A DNA stretch of 63,648 nucleotides from assembly GCA_043767845.1 (NCBI GenBank), contig JAYUFZ010000021.1, positions 1-63,648 on the forward strand. The letters run 5' to 3'. The notes under the pieces were generated by a model. That model was not told where the DNA came from. It made no database searches and saw nothing but the letters and a program-made list of their open reading frames with translations. This DNA comes from a bacterium (GTDB lineage Bacteria; Patescibacteriota; Saccharimonadia; UBA4664; JBBRNT01). Made by a program: the position numbers and the translations under genes. This document shows positions 9,952 through 17,740 of the stretch, piece by piece. Each line of letters opens with the position of its first letter. The stretch's first letter is position 1.

Positions 9952-12090
9952 ATGAAAACTAATTCCAAATACATCCGGGGCGGCAAAATCGCAAAGCCAG
10001 CGCTCATGAGCCGCGCCCCATTCCAGCAACCGACGGTTATAGCCGCAGGCCTCATGGCCTCGGTAATCGGTATTTTTGTGATACTACGGATATTTGCTGC
10101 CACAAATACTTATTACGCGAGCCCGAGTGGAAGTGGCAGTACCTGCACCAGTTCCGCACCATGTGACTTTTTGACAGCCTTGGACCAAGTTTTTGCCGGC
10201 GGCGGCGAAATGGTTGCCAAAGATGGGACTTACAGTTTCAGCAACTATCTCTATGGCGTGAACAATAGCGTTACAAATTCAGTCACCATACGCTCAGAAA
10301 CCAAGTACGGAGCGAAATTAATTTTTGCAGGTGCGGCGGCCGGCAATTTTGCGACCTACTTTTTCGGCAACAACATTACCATGAAAGATTTTGACGTCAG
10401 CGGGTCGGTGCTAGCCGGCGGGATCAATATGGAGAATGGCAGCGGATCGATTATTGGTAATCGGGTGCATGATATTTCGACAGGCGTTTGCAGCCAGACA
10501 GGCGGTATCGAGGTGGGCAAGCGAGTTAATGCAAACGGGCCAAACCCAAATGCGGCTCCCGGGCCATACCTGATCGATAGCAACGTGGTCTACAATATTG
10601 GTGACGCCAGCATGACCAGCTGCAACACGCTACAAGGTATTTACACCAGCGTTGAAGATGCCCTCGTCCAAAACAATGTAATATCGAATGTTGCATCCTA
10701 CTGCCTGCATTCCTGGCACGATACGGCCACAGTGAATTATCGAAATAATAGCATCGACCACTGTGGTTCGGGTGGCATTTTGGTCGGCAGTGGTGACGTC
10801 GTGGTGAGCCAGCACATCGTCCGGGGTCGGATCGATAATAATACTGTTCGCGACAGCGCTTACTGTATTCGCGAATACGCTGGCGAGATTGGCGCTATTA
10901 CCTATCATAATAACAACTGCTACAATAACTCGCTAAATACCCCAGAAATGTTGGCCCGCAACAGAGATGGTGCGATTAATTACCAGGTAGGGCTGACGCA
11001 GGTCAATCCGGGCTATATGAACTATCCCAGCGGCCTAGACCCGCTAGCAAATGGCGGCAACTATGCGCTCGCTGCTGGTAGCGGTCTGATCAACGCTGGC
11101 TACAACGGTAATGCGCCCACGAGCGACATAATGGGCGGGGCTCGACCGAACGGGGCTACAGTAGATGTTGGTGCATACGAATATGGCTCGACTAGTACGA
11201 GCACCACACCAACCCCAGCAGCTACTGCCTCGCCAGCTCCGACTCCAACCCCCAATCAGCAGGCTCAGGCGGCATTCAAGTTGCACTCAGTACCTGGCAG
11301 AATTGAAGCCGAGGATTTCGATATTGGTGGCGAAGGAGTCGCATATCACGATGCCGACCCTACACAGACTGGCAATAATACCAGCTACCGGGCTGGCGAG
11401 GGAGTGGGTATTAGCGATGAGACCGCTGGTACCGATAATGGTAGCCGTGTTGTTGGACGGATCCGGGCCGGCGAGTGGACAGAGTACACTGTGAATATGC
11501 CTTCAACTGATGCTAGCTATAGCTTCACCATGCGGCTAGCCAATCCAACGGCTGGCGGCGTTATCAAACTGCAAATAGGCGACGGTGGGCTGCTCGACCT
11601 GGCCTCGATCATTGTGCCGAATACCGGCGCTTGGGAGACATTTCAGACGACTACCCCGGTCGTGGTTAGCTTACCCGCTGGGCAGCATATAGTCCATCTA
11701 TTATATTTGACCGAAGCGGCTGGCGGGGGAGTGGCCGATGTAAACTGGTTTGAGTTTACTTCAACGAATCAACCAACCCCTACGCCGTCCCCGACGGCCA
11801 CCCCAGCGCCGAGTATCACTCCAAAGCCGACTCCCACGCCGACCCCACTCACTACAACTAAGCCAACAGCGACGCCCGTGCCTACAGCTGTTCCAACTCC
11901 AACTCCCACGCCCACCTGCACCAAACTAGGTGACGTAAACTGTGATGGCAAAGTAAACAATGGTGACCTAAACACCGTTCTCCATAACTATGGTAAGAGT
12001 GTAACTACCCGTGCCCAGGGTGACCTTACTGGTGATGGTGTGGTTAACATCTTCGACCTTTCTCAGGTGTTACAGAACTGGGGTCGGTAA
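9952..12090 (+). CDS. Secreted beta-helix protein with choice-of-anchor-Q-like motif, CBM6-like module and dockerin
   Basis: 'YYASPSGSGSTCTSSAPC', NN-rich coils, 'DIMGGARPNG..VDVGAYEY', CBM6-like 'PGRIEAEDFD.GGEGVAYHD...GEWTEYTV...DVNWFEF', dockerin DVNCDGKVNNGD/DLTGDGVVNIFD. Confidence 0.82.
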   Translation: MKTNSKYIRGGKIAKPALMSRAPFQQPTVIAAGLMASVIGIFVILRIFAATNTYYASPSGSGSTCTSSAPCDFLTALDQVFAGGGEMVAKDGTYSFSNYLYGVNNSVTNSVTIRSETKYGAKLIFAGAAAGNFATYFFGNNITMKDFDVSGSVLAGGINMENGSGSIIGNRVHDISTGVCSQTGGIEVGKRVNANGPNPNAAPGPYLIDSNVVYNIGDASMTSCNTLQGIYTSVEDALVQNNVISNVASYCLHSWHDTATVNYRNNSIDHCGSGGILVGSGDVVVSQHIVRGRIDNNTVRDSAYCIREYAGEIGAITYHNNNCYNNSLNTPEMLARNRDGAINYQVGLTQVNPGYMNYPSGLDPLANGGNYALAAGSGLINAGYNGNAPTSDIMGGARPNGATVDVGAYEYGSTSTSTTPTPAATASPAPTPTPNQQAQAAFKLHSVPGRIEAEDFDIGGEGVAYHDADPTQTGNNTSYRAGEGVGISDETAGTDNGSRVVGRIRAGEWTEYTVNMPSTDASYSFTMRLANPTAGGVIKLQIGDGGLLDLASIIVPNTGAWETFQTTTPVVVSLPAGQHIVHLLYLTEAAGGGVADVNWFEFTSTNQPTPTPSPTATPAPSITPKPTPTPTPLTTTKPTATPVPTAVPTPTPTPTCTKLGDVNCDGKVNNGDLNTVLHNYGKSVTTRAQGDLTGDGVVNIFDLSQVLQNWGR

Positions 12091-12206
12091 CGTGTATAGA
12101 CACGTTACCGATAGCCTCTAATCCTCCCGCATAGGCACATTACCGTACGGACAATACTATTTCGCGTCGAATCGATTGCTTGAAAGAACACCAGGCTATA
12201 TCCTGG

Positions 12207-12725
12207 CTAGGTTATGTTATTTCTCACTGCATACAGAGCGATACTGGCCGCAATCGCAACATTGAGTGAAGCTTTCGTGCCGTACATCGGTATTTCGAGG
12301 ATCTCGGATAGCTTATCGCACTGGCCCTGGCTCAAGCCTTCGGTCTCGCTACCGACAAAGAGGGCAGTAGGAGACGTAAAGCGAGCGGTAAACAGCTCTA
12401 TAGACTTTTGCCGGTTGCATTCAACGGCGAAACACTGATAGCCACCCAGGGATAGGTAGCTGAGTGCAGCATCAAAGCACTCAAAGTAGCGAAAAGGCAC
12501 GGTTTTTTCGGCTCCAAGCGCGCATTTAGCAATCTCGCGTTCATGTCTTGCAACAACGTGGCCTGCCCGCGGGTCTTTAGGAACTTCCGGGTGGGGCGTG
12601 ATACCGACTAGCAGGAGTTCGCTAACCACGCAGGCGTCGGCAGTTCGCCATATTGTCCCAACATTGTGGGCGCTGCGCACATCGACAAGGACCAGGGCAA
12701 TTTTTTGGTGGGGGAGTCGGTACAT
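12207..12725 (-). CDS. SpoU/TrmH-family RNA methyltransferase
   Basis: Motifs 'VRSAHNVGTIWRTAD', 'VGSETEGL', 'IPMYGTKASLNVAIAASIALY'; leaderless TAGACT-6nt-ATG. Confidence 0.9.
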   Translation of the reverse strand: MYRLPHQKIALVLVDVRSAHNVGTIWRTADACVVSELLLVGITPHPEVPKDPRAGHVVARHEREIAKCALGAEKTVPFRYFECFDAALSYLSLGGYQCFAVECNRQKSIELFTARFTSPTALFVGSETEGLSQGQCDKLSEILEIPMYGTKASLNVAIAASIALYAVRNNIT

Positions 12726-12772
12726 ACAGACAGTCTAGCCCGAAGCTATCAAATTAAGAAACTTTATAGTTG

Positions 12773-12801
12773 TTGCAAATTACGCTTATGCTATATATGA
12801 T
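12773..12801 (+). promoter_or_regulatory. Promoter of the cohesin gene
   Basis: TTGCAA(12773-78), 17 nt, TATGAT(12796-12801). Confidence 0.5.
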
Positions 12802-12834
12802 TATGCTAATGATTAAGAGCCGATTGTGAGCATT

Positions 12835-14193
12835 ATGAAAAAACACCTTGGATACCGCATATTTTTTGTTGCTTCGACCCTGAGTGCGCTATTATTATCA
12901 ACTGTTGCCCAGGCTGCTACAAATACCATGGCGTTGTCGCCGGCCTCAAGAAGCATGCAGATAAATACACTCACAAGTTTTAATGTCATAGGTAATAGCA
13001 CAGACACTATCCAGGCTTATGAGGTGAATGTTACTTTTGACCCGACCAAGTTACAATACCAAGCCTCAACAACTGGTGATGGCCCCTGTAGTTCTAGCTT
13101 CTTCCCGTCAGTTGAAACCGTTACCAGTGGGTATGTGGACTTCGCCTGCGTCGCCCTGCCTGGTTTTACAGGCCAGCAAACTGTCGCCACGCTGACCTTC
13201 AAGGCGCTGGTCGGAAGCGGTTCAACTCCTATCTCCTGGGGCCCAGATACCCACATGTCCACTTCGACCACGGCCGATGTCAAGACTGGTATCGCTGGCG
13301 CAACTGTCAGCTTCACGCCAGTGCCAACACCAACCCCCACCCCACCACCCCCAACGCCTACCCCCAAACCGACAGCTACTCCAAAGCCAACAGCGACACC
13401 GGTGCCTACCCCCGTGCCAACCGCCACCCCTAAGCCGGGAACTACTCTAACGCCAGGACCAGCCTCAACTGCTACGCCGTCGCCCAAACCCGTCACACCA
13501 GCTCCTGCAACTGCCACGCCAAAGCCAGCGGCAACCACACCTACCGAAACACCTTTAGTCACTCCGCCAAAACCCCAAATCACCACCTTAGTGGCCATCA
13601 AGGTCAAAGACCCGAAAGGTCAGCCCGTTGAAGGCGCCACCGTCACTCTCGGTGACAAAAAAGCTACTACAGATGCCACAGGTGTAGCCGGATTCATAGG
13701 TATCGTGCCAGGCAAATACAATGTGAAGATTACCAGCGCTAAGCTCGGGTCAATTTCAAAGAGCGTGACCGTACTGGCAAATGACCAAAGCGATGTTCAG
13801 ACCTTCAATATGGTACTCGGTGAATCCTCGACAACTATCTGGCTCTATTGGACACTCGGCGCACTGGGATTGATGATTATCTTAACCGGTATCGTGCTGG
13901 CCATCCGCCGACGCTCTCAGTCAACTCGCCTCGTCGATGTACCAGGTATGACTGCTAGCCACCTAATAAACAGCGCCAACGACGCTCCAATGGTCATTAA
14001 CCTGCCACAGCCAGCCGCACCAGCTCCAACACCGCCCCCGGTCACGCCAACCCCAACTCCTACCCAAGTCATGCCGACTACTCCCGTGACACCTGAGCCT
14101 ATCGTGATAAAGCCCGTGACTCCAGCCGATCCGGCCACGAAGCCAGCCACCGATTCACAAACCAACGACTCGTCCACACCGCCCACGGCCTAG
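12835..14193 (+). CDS. Membrane-anchored cohesin-domain protein (signal peptide, cohesin, long PT linker, carboxypeptidase-regulatory-like beta domain, TM, Pro-rich tail)
   Basis: Signal ending AQA-A; cohesin-like 'MALSPAS...FNV...IQAYEVNVTFDPTKLQY...G.VDF...GQQTVATLTFKAL..GST.ISW'; 'VKDPKGQPVEGATVTL...TDATG...PGKYNVKI'; TM IWLYWTLGALGLMIILTGIVLAI followed by RRR. Confidence 0.75.
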   Translation: MKKHLGYRIFFVASTLSALLLSTVAQAATNTMALSPASRSMQINTLTSFNVIGNSTDTIQAYEVNVTFDPTKLQYQASTTGDGPCSSSFFPSVETVTSGYVDFACVALPGFTGQQTVATLTFKALVGSGSTPISWGPDTHMSTSTTADVKTGIAGATVSFTPVPTPTPTPPPPTPTPKPTATPKPTATPVPTPVPTATPKPGTTLTPGPASTATPSPKPVTPAPATATPKPAATTPTETPLVTPPKPQITTLVAIKVKDPKGQPVEGATVTLGDKKATTDATGVAGFIGIVPGKYNVKITSAKLGSISKSVTVLANDQSDVQTFNMVLGESSTTIWLYWTLGALGLMIILTGIVLAIRRRSQSTRLVDVPGMTASHLINSANDAPMVINLPQPAAPAPTPPPVTPTPTPTQVMPTTPVTPEPIVIKPVTPADPATKPATDSQTNDSSTPPTA

Positions 14194-14211
14194 CTAGCAG
14201 CATTATAACTA

Positions 14212-14240
14212 TTGACATGTAAAGGTACTTATGCTACTAT
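14212..14240 (+). promoter_or_regulatory. Strong sigma70 promoter with extended -10
   Basis: TTGACA(14212-17), 17 nt ending TGc, TACTAT(14235-40). Confidence 0.7.
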
Positions 14241-14381
14241 ACGTGGCATCTCTGGTGGGCAGTGATTTCGAACAAAAAATGCTCATATAAGCATGAGCTT
14301 TTTGGTTGATTTGCTAATGAGACTACTTATGCTTTCGAGCATACTTAGCATAGATCATAATGTAATTCGAAGGACAGTATC

Positions 14382-14600
14382 ATGGCTGGAACAAAGAACG
14401 GCGGTATCAAAGCTGCTATCACAAACAAGCAACGTTATGGTATGAATTTCTACGAAAATATTGGCCGTGCTGGTGGTACTAAAAGCCGCAACGGTGGTTT
14501 TGCAAAAAACCGCGCCCTGGCTGTAGAAGCTGGTCGCCGTGGTGGTTTGGCCTCACGCCGCCGCAAAGCCGAGCAAGCTGAAACTCAGCAAGCTGCTTAA
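14382..14600 (+). CDS. Small KGG-repeat general-stress-type protein
   Basis: Gly/Lys/Arg-rich 'FYENIGRAGG...GFAKNRALAVEAGRRGG', resembling KGG/stress-induced repeat proteins; SD-like gaagga upstream. Confidence 0.7.
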   Translation: MAGTKNGGIKAAITNKQRYGMNFYENIGRAGGTKSRNGGFAKNRALAVEAGRRGGLASRRRKAEQAETQQAA

Positions 14601-14627
14601 TTTTCGTTAGATTTCATCTCTAACCTC

Positions 14628-14655
14628 AAAAAATCCCGCCTAGGCGGGATTTTTT
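14628..14655. terminator. Bidirectional intrinsic terminator
   Basis: aaaaaatcccgcc-ta-ggcgggatttttt between convergent genes. Confidence 0.85.
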
Positions 14656-14728
14656 GTGTTGATAATGGCAGATGGGGTCTCCTGGGGAGGAGATGGTTGC
14701 ACAGATTGGACGGTCGGCAAAGATATGG

Positions 14729-15406
14729 CTACTTTTTGCCAATAAAACGTATTAAGTTGTGCACGCCTTTTTCGTTGTCTTTGTAACTTTCACCGGAGTT
14801 ATCAAGCAGAATACTATCAAAATCCGAGGTGAGTGTAGCTAGCGAAGTAGTATCAAAGAAGCGCTTGGTTTTGCCGTCTGCTTGGTAGCAATCGGCCTCG
14901 AGCATTACACCTTTGCCAAACTCGGGATCTTGTTTCGAGTTAACTAGAGTCGCTAGCAGGCCGCCTTCTTTGAGTACGCGCTTGATCTCATCAAAAATCT
15001 CGGTAGTTGCCTGGTAACTGAAATAGTGTAGCGATAAGTGCGCATAAACTACATCAAAACTGGAGCTAGGGAAGGGGAATGGTTGGCGCAAGTCGAGTGG
15101 CTGGTATGAGATGGTTTCGGTAATAGTCTTATCAGTTCTCGAGCTTGCTATGTCGAGGGCGCTTTGCTCTATATCGGTAGAGGTTACTTGATATCCAAGC
15201 TCGGCGAAGTAGCGACTATCTTGACCTTGGCCGGCGCCGAGCTCTAATATGGAGCCCGTTTTGGGAAAGTGAGGCACAACGGTCTCAGCAAAAATAGACG
15301 GCTTATATAGCCAATTCTCGCCTTTATATTTGTCATGTAGGGCAGCCCAAACATTAGTCATAGGTGTTTCAGCGATTAAGTGATTAACTTGGACGGGCCA
15401 AGGCAC
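14729..15406 (-). CDS. Class I SAM-dependent methyltransferase
   Basis: Motif I 'ILELGAGQGQDS', 'FDVVYAHLSLHYF', 'LKEGG'. Real start may be the internal MTNVW ATG. Confidence 0.85.
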   Translation of the reverse strand: MPWPVQVNHLIAETPMTNVWAALHDKYKGENWLYKPSIFAETVVPHFPKTGSILELGAGQGQDSRYFAELGYQVTSTDIEQSALDIASSRTDKTITETISYQPLDLRQPFPFPSSSFDVVYAHLSLHYFSYQATTEIFDEIKRVLKEGGLLATLVNSKQDPEFGKGVMLEADCYQADGKTKRFFDTTSLATLTSDFDSILLDNSGESYKDNEKGVHNLIRFIGKK

Positions 15407-15857
15407 TATTGTAGCGGCTGATGATGGTGCGGTGGACGCGGCGGTCTTTGCGCCAGTTTACTGCCCATTTGGCGCCGCAGGCGAAGCAGGCGTAGGCGTC
15501 GCGGCCGGATTGCAGAGAGAAATTATTGCAATCAGGGCAAGTGGCACGCTTGGAGAGCCAGGTGTCGTAAGTGGATATGCAGTCGGCAATATGCTCTTCG
15601 TCGACCTCCAGGCCATAGCCGGGGGCTAGTTCGCGGACCACGTCCCAGGCCTCCATCTCCATACTTAAAAGCTCCATGTCGTACTTGTACATGGTGTGGC
15701 CTAGTCGGGCGTGGCCAAGCTCATGGAGAAGCGCAATCCGACCGTTCTCTTCAGTGATTCGGTCGATGTCATAGGTGATAGTTTTGGAAGCAGGGGACCA
15801 CATGAAGTATCCGCCACTCACAAAATTCTGATCTGGAAAATGCTCCAGAAACTCCAC
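15384..15857 (-). CDS. HExxH (ImmA/IrrE-like) metalloprotein with C-terminal Zn ribbon
   Basis: 'ALLHELGHA', 'EMEAW', and CPDC...CFAC. Confidence 0.65.
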   Translation of the reverse strand: MEFLEHFPDQNFVSGGYFMWSPASKTITYDIDRITEENGRIALLHELGHARLGHTMYKYDMELLSMEMEAWDVVRELAPGYGLEVDEEHIADCISTYDTWLSKRATCPDCNNFSLQSGRDAYACFACGAKWAVNWRKDRRVHRTIISRYNSALARPS

Positions 15858-15929
15858 ACACCCTCCGAGTTATTCGTTACAAGTAAGTATAAGGTTTTTT
15901 ACTATCGGTAGCCAGCATAAGCAGTTTGG

Positions 15930-16757
15930 TTAGAGCTTCTCAGCCAGTATTATGGCGCCGATGACCGTGGCGGTTTCTAGGTTTTTTGCCGGCAGGATAG
16001 GGGGTAGTTTGTAGAGTGGGTGTTGGGTCAATAAGTTCTTTTGGAGCAGTAGGCCGAAGCGGTCATAGTGAGTACTCACGCCACCGCCCAGTATCACTAA
16101 ATCTGGAGAGATCATGTCTACCAAGCTAACGATGCCGGCGGCCATATCCCGAGTAATCTCATCCCAGATCTTAGGTTCGAATATCTCATATGCTTCCATG
16201 CCAAAACGCCGCTTGATGGCCCGCCCACTTACCAAAGCCTCAAAATGCCCACGACCACCGCAGCTGCAGAGTGGACCGTCGCGATCAATAACAATATGGC
16301 CACCTTCGATATTGTGGGCGCCATGTTCGATCTTGCCATCAACTACCAGCCCCGTGCCAATACCAGTGCTGATGGTGATGTAGAGCACCCGCTTAAAGCC
16401 GCGGCCATTGCCTTCCAGAACTTCTGCTAGGGCGGCGGCGCTAGCATCATGTTCGAGGCTGACGTGGGCCTTCTTGAAATGCGACTCAAGCCTATGCTTA
16501 ATGTCGAAATTCCGCCATGGAATGTTTGGGGCGTGGAGCATGATGCCATTTTCGAAGTCCAGCGCGCCTGGTGCTACTACAGCGATGCTTTCGACCTTTT
16601 CGGTGCCAGCGATGGCTTCAACGAGACGGGTAATTGCTGTCAGCCCGTCGGCACTATCGGCTGGGGTGGCAAGCTTGTCGGTCACCAGTAACTCGCCGCC
16701 TGGCCGCCGGGTAGCGGCTATTATCTTTGTCCCACCAATATCGACGCCAATCTTCAT
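15930..16757 (-). CDS. ROK-family sugar kinase (glucokinase-like)
   Basis: 'IGVDIGGTKI', 'ITISTGIGTG', 'EGGH', 'CSCGGRGHFE', 'ILGGGV'; leaderless TATTCT-6nt-ATG. Confidence 0.93.
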   Translation of the reverse strand: MKIGVDIGGTKIIAATRRPGGELLVTDKLATPADSADGLTAITRLVEAIAGTEKVESIAVVAPGALDFENGIMLHAPNIPWRNFDIKHRLESHFKKAHVSLEHDASAAALAEVLEGNGRGFKRVLYITISTGIGTGLVVDGKIEHGAHNIEGGHIVIDRDGPLCSCGGRGHFEALVSGRAIKRRFGMEAYEIFEPKIWDEITRDMAAGIVSLVDMISPDLVILGGGVSTHYDRFGLLLQKNLLTQHPLYKLPPILPAKNLETATVIGAIILAEKL

Positions 16758-16847
16758 AGCTTAAGAATAATCCTTATTGGCCAGTCGGTAAAGCTTGGGG
16801 CATACATACTCCAAGCAGCTTTCGGCACACTCCTTACGCTTAAGAAA

Positions 16848-16876
16848 TTGACAATATTTATTATTTGTGTTAATAT
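16848..16876 (+). promoter_or_regulatory. Promoter with no downstream protein gene
   Basis: TTGACA(16848-53), 17 nt, TAATAT(16871-76). Confidence 0.65.
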
Positions 16877-16882
16877 CTAACA

Positions 16883-17092
16883 TTACTCATTTCGGGAGTC
16901 GATCATAGCTGTTGACGGGTAGAATTGGGGCTTTCAAAGTTTGTCATATGAGTGCTCACCTCCTCGTATGCCATGTACCTTCAAAAGCCCCAAATTCTGC
17001 GCATCAGCCAGAACGTACCTACAAGTAAAAACCCTTTGTTGCTGGAGATTCGGCCCGTCCGGTGTCCACTCTTCGGCAACAAAGGGTTTTTA
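16883..17092 (+). ncRNA. Candidate standalone ncRNA (6S-like rod plus long terminator)
   Basis: Nested stems 16921-34/16984-98 and 16945-52/16963-70 around an asymmetric bubble; 16-bp perfect terminal stem 17027-42/17076-91 ending in a T-run. Confidence 0.5.
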
Positions 17093-17176
17093 ATTTTACA
17101 AAAAATACTATCAGATCTGGCTAAGGTATTGTAATCTGAGCCGCTAGTTGCTATAACTAAGATCTAGCGGTGACTA

Positions 17177-17626
17177 ATGGGAGTAGTAGGGGACATGCGG
17201 CAAACGATAAAGACTATTATCGGCGTACTGGTGATCGGCCTGATCGTGGTAGCGACATTTTTATATGGTAATAAGCAACGCCAGGATCAGCTGCGTCGTG
17301 ATAGTGAGGCCAAATCGAAGGCTCAACAAACGGCTAGCGCAACCGTGACACCGACACCCCAGCTAACCACTTCTTCAACCGACCAAGCTCCAGGTGGAGC
17401 AACGGCACCGGTCCCCAAGCCTACTGGCTCAGATCTGCAATACAGTACCACTACAATCGCCGCCGCCGCCACCGATGCTGCCGCCAAGGCACCAACCACC
17501 ATCCCCGACACTGGTGCGGCCGACCTCAGCCTGGCCCCTTTTACCGCGCTGCTGATGCTTGCTATGGCTTACTCCCTCAAAACCAGCAAATCTCGCCTGC
17601 GCCAAGCCGCGCTGCGCGCTTTTTAG
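17177..17626 (+). CDS. Small exported protein with N-terminal TM and C-terminal LPXTG-like sorting signal
   Basis: N-terminal hydrophobic helix, Thr/Pro/Ala linker, IPDTG plus hydrophobic segment plus basic tail; own promoter TTGTAA-17-TATAAC. Confidence 0.65.
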   Translation: MGVVGDMRQTIKTIIGVLVIGLIVVATFLYGNKQRQDQLRRDSEAKSKAQQTASATVTPTPQLTTSSTDQAPGGATAPVPKPTGSDLQYSTTTIAAAATDAAAKAPTTIPDTGAADLSLAPFTALLMLAMAYSLKTSKSRLRQAALRAF

Positions 17627-17740
17627 TCAACCACGACCAAGACTAAGCCCACTACTTTACAGAAGCCCGTTTTCAGGGTAGAATTGTCATACATCACTCC
17701 TAGGAGTGAAATCTTTTTGAAGGGAGCATTTCTAGAAAAA

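Noticed and set aside
13017-13607. Long antisense ORFs (e.g. 13017-13607, 18211-18885, 47125-47928, 55583-56161)
   Set aside because: They are shadows of well-supported genes on the opposite strand, with low-complexity or non-protein-like composition.
1900-14150. Periodic acgcc/ccgac DNA repeats as CRISPR or satellite
   Set aside because: They are degenerate codons of Pro-Thr linkers; there are no constant repeats with unique spacers and no cas genes.
16903-16947. Type I toxin encoded by the minus-strand micro-ORF
   Set aside because: The 14-aa peptide is polar, not hydrophobic, unlike typical type I toxins; kept only as an alternative reading of the ncRNA.
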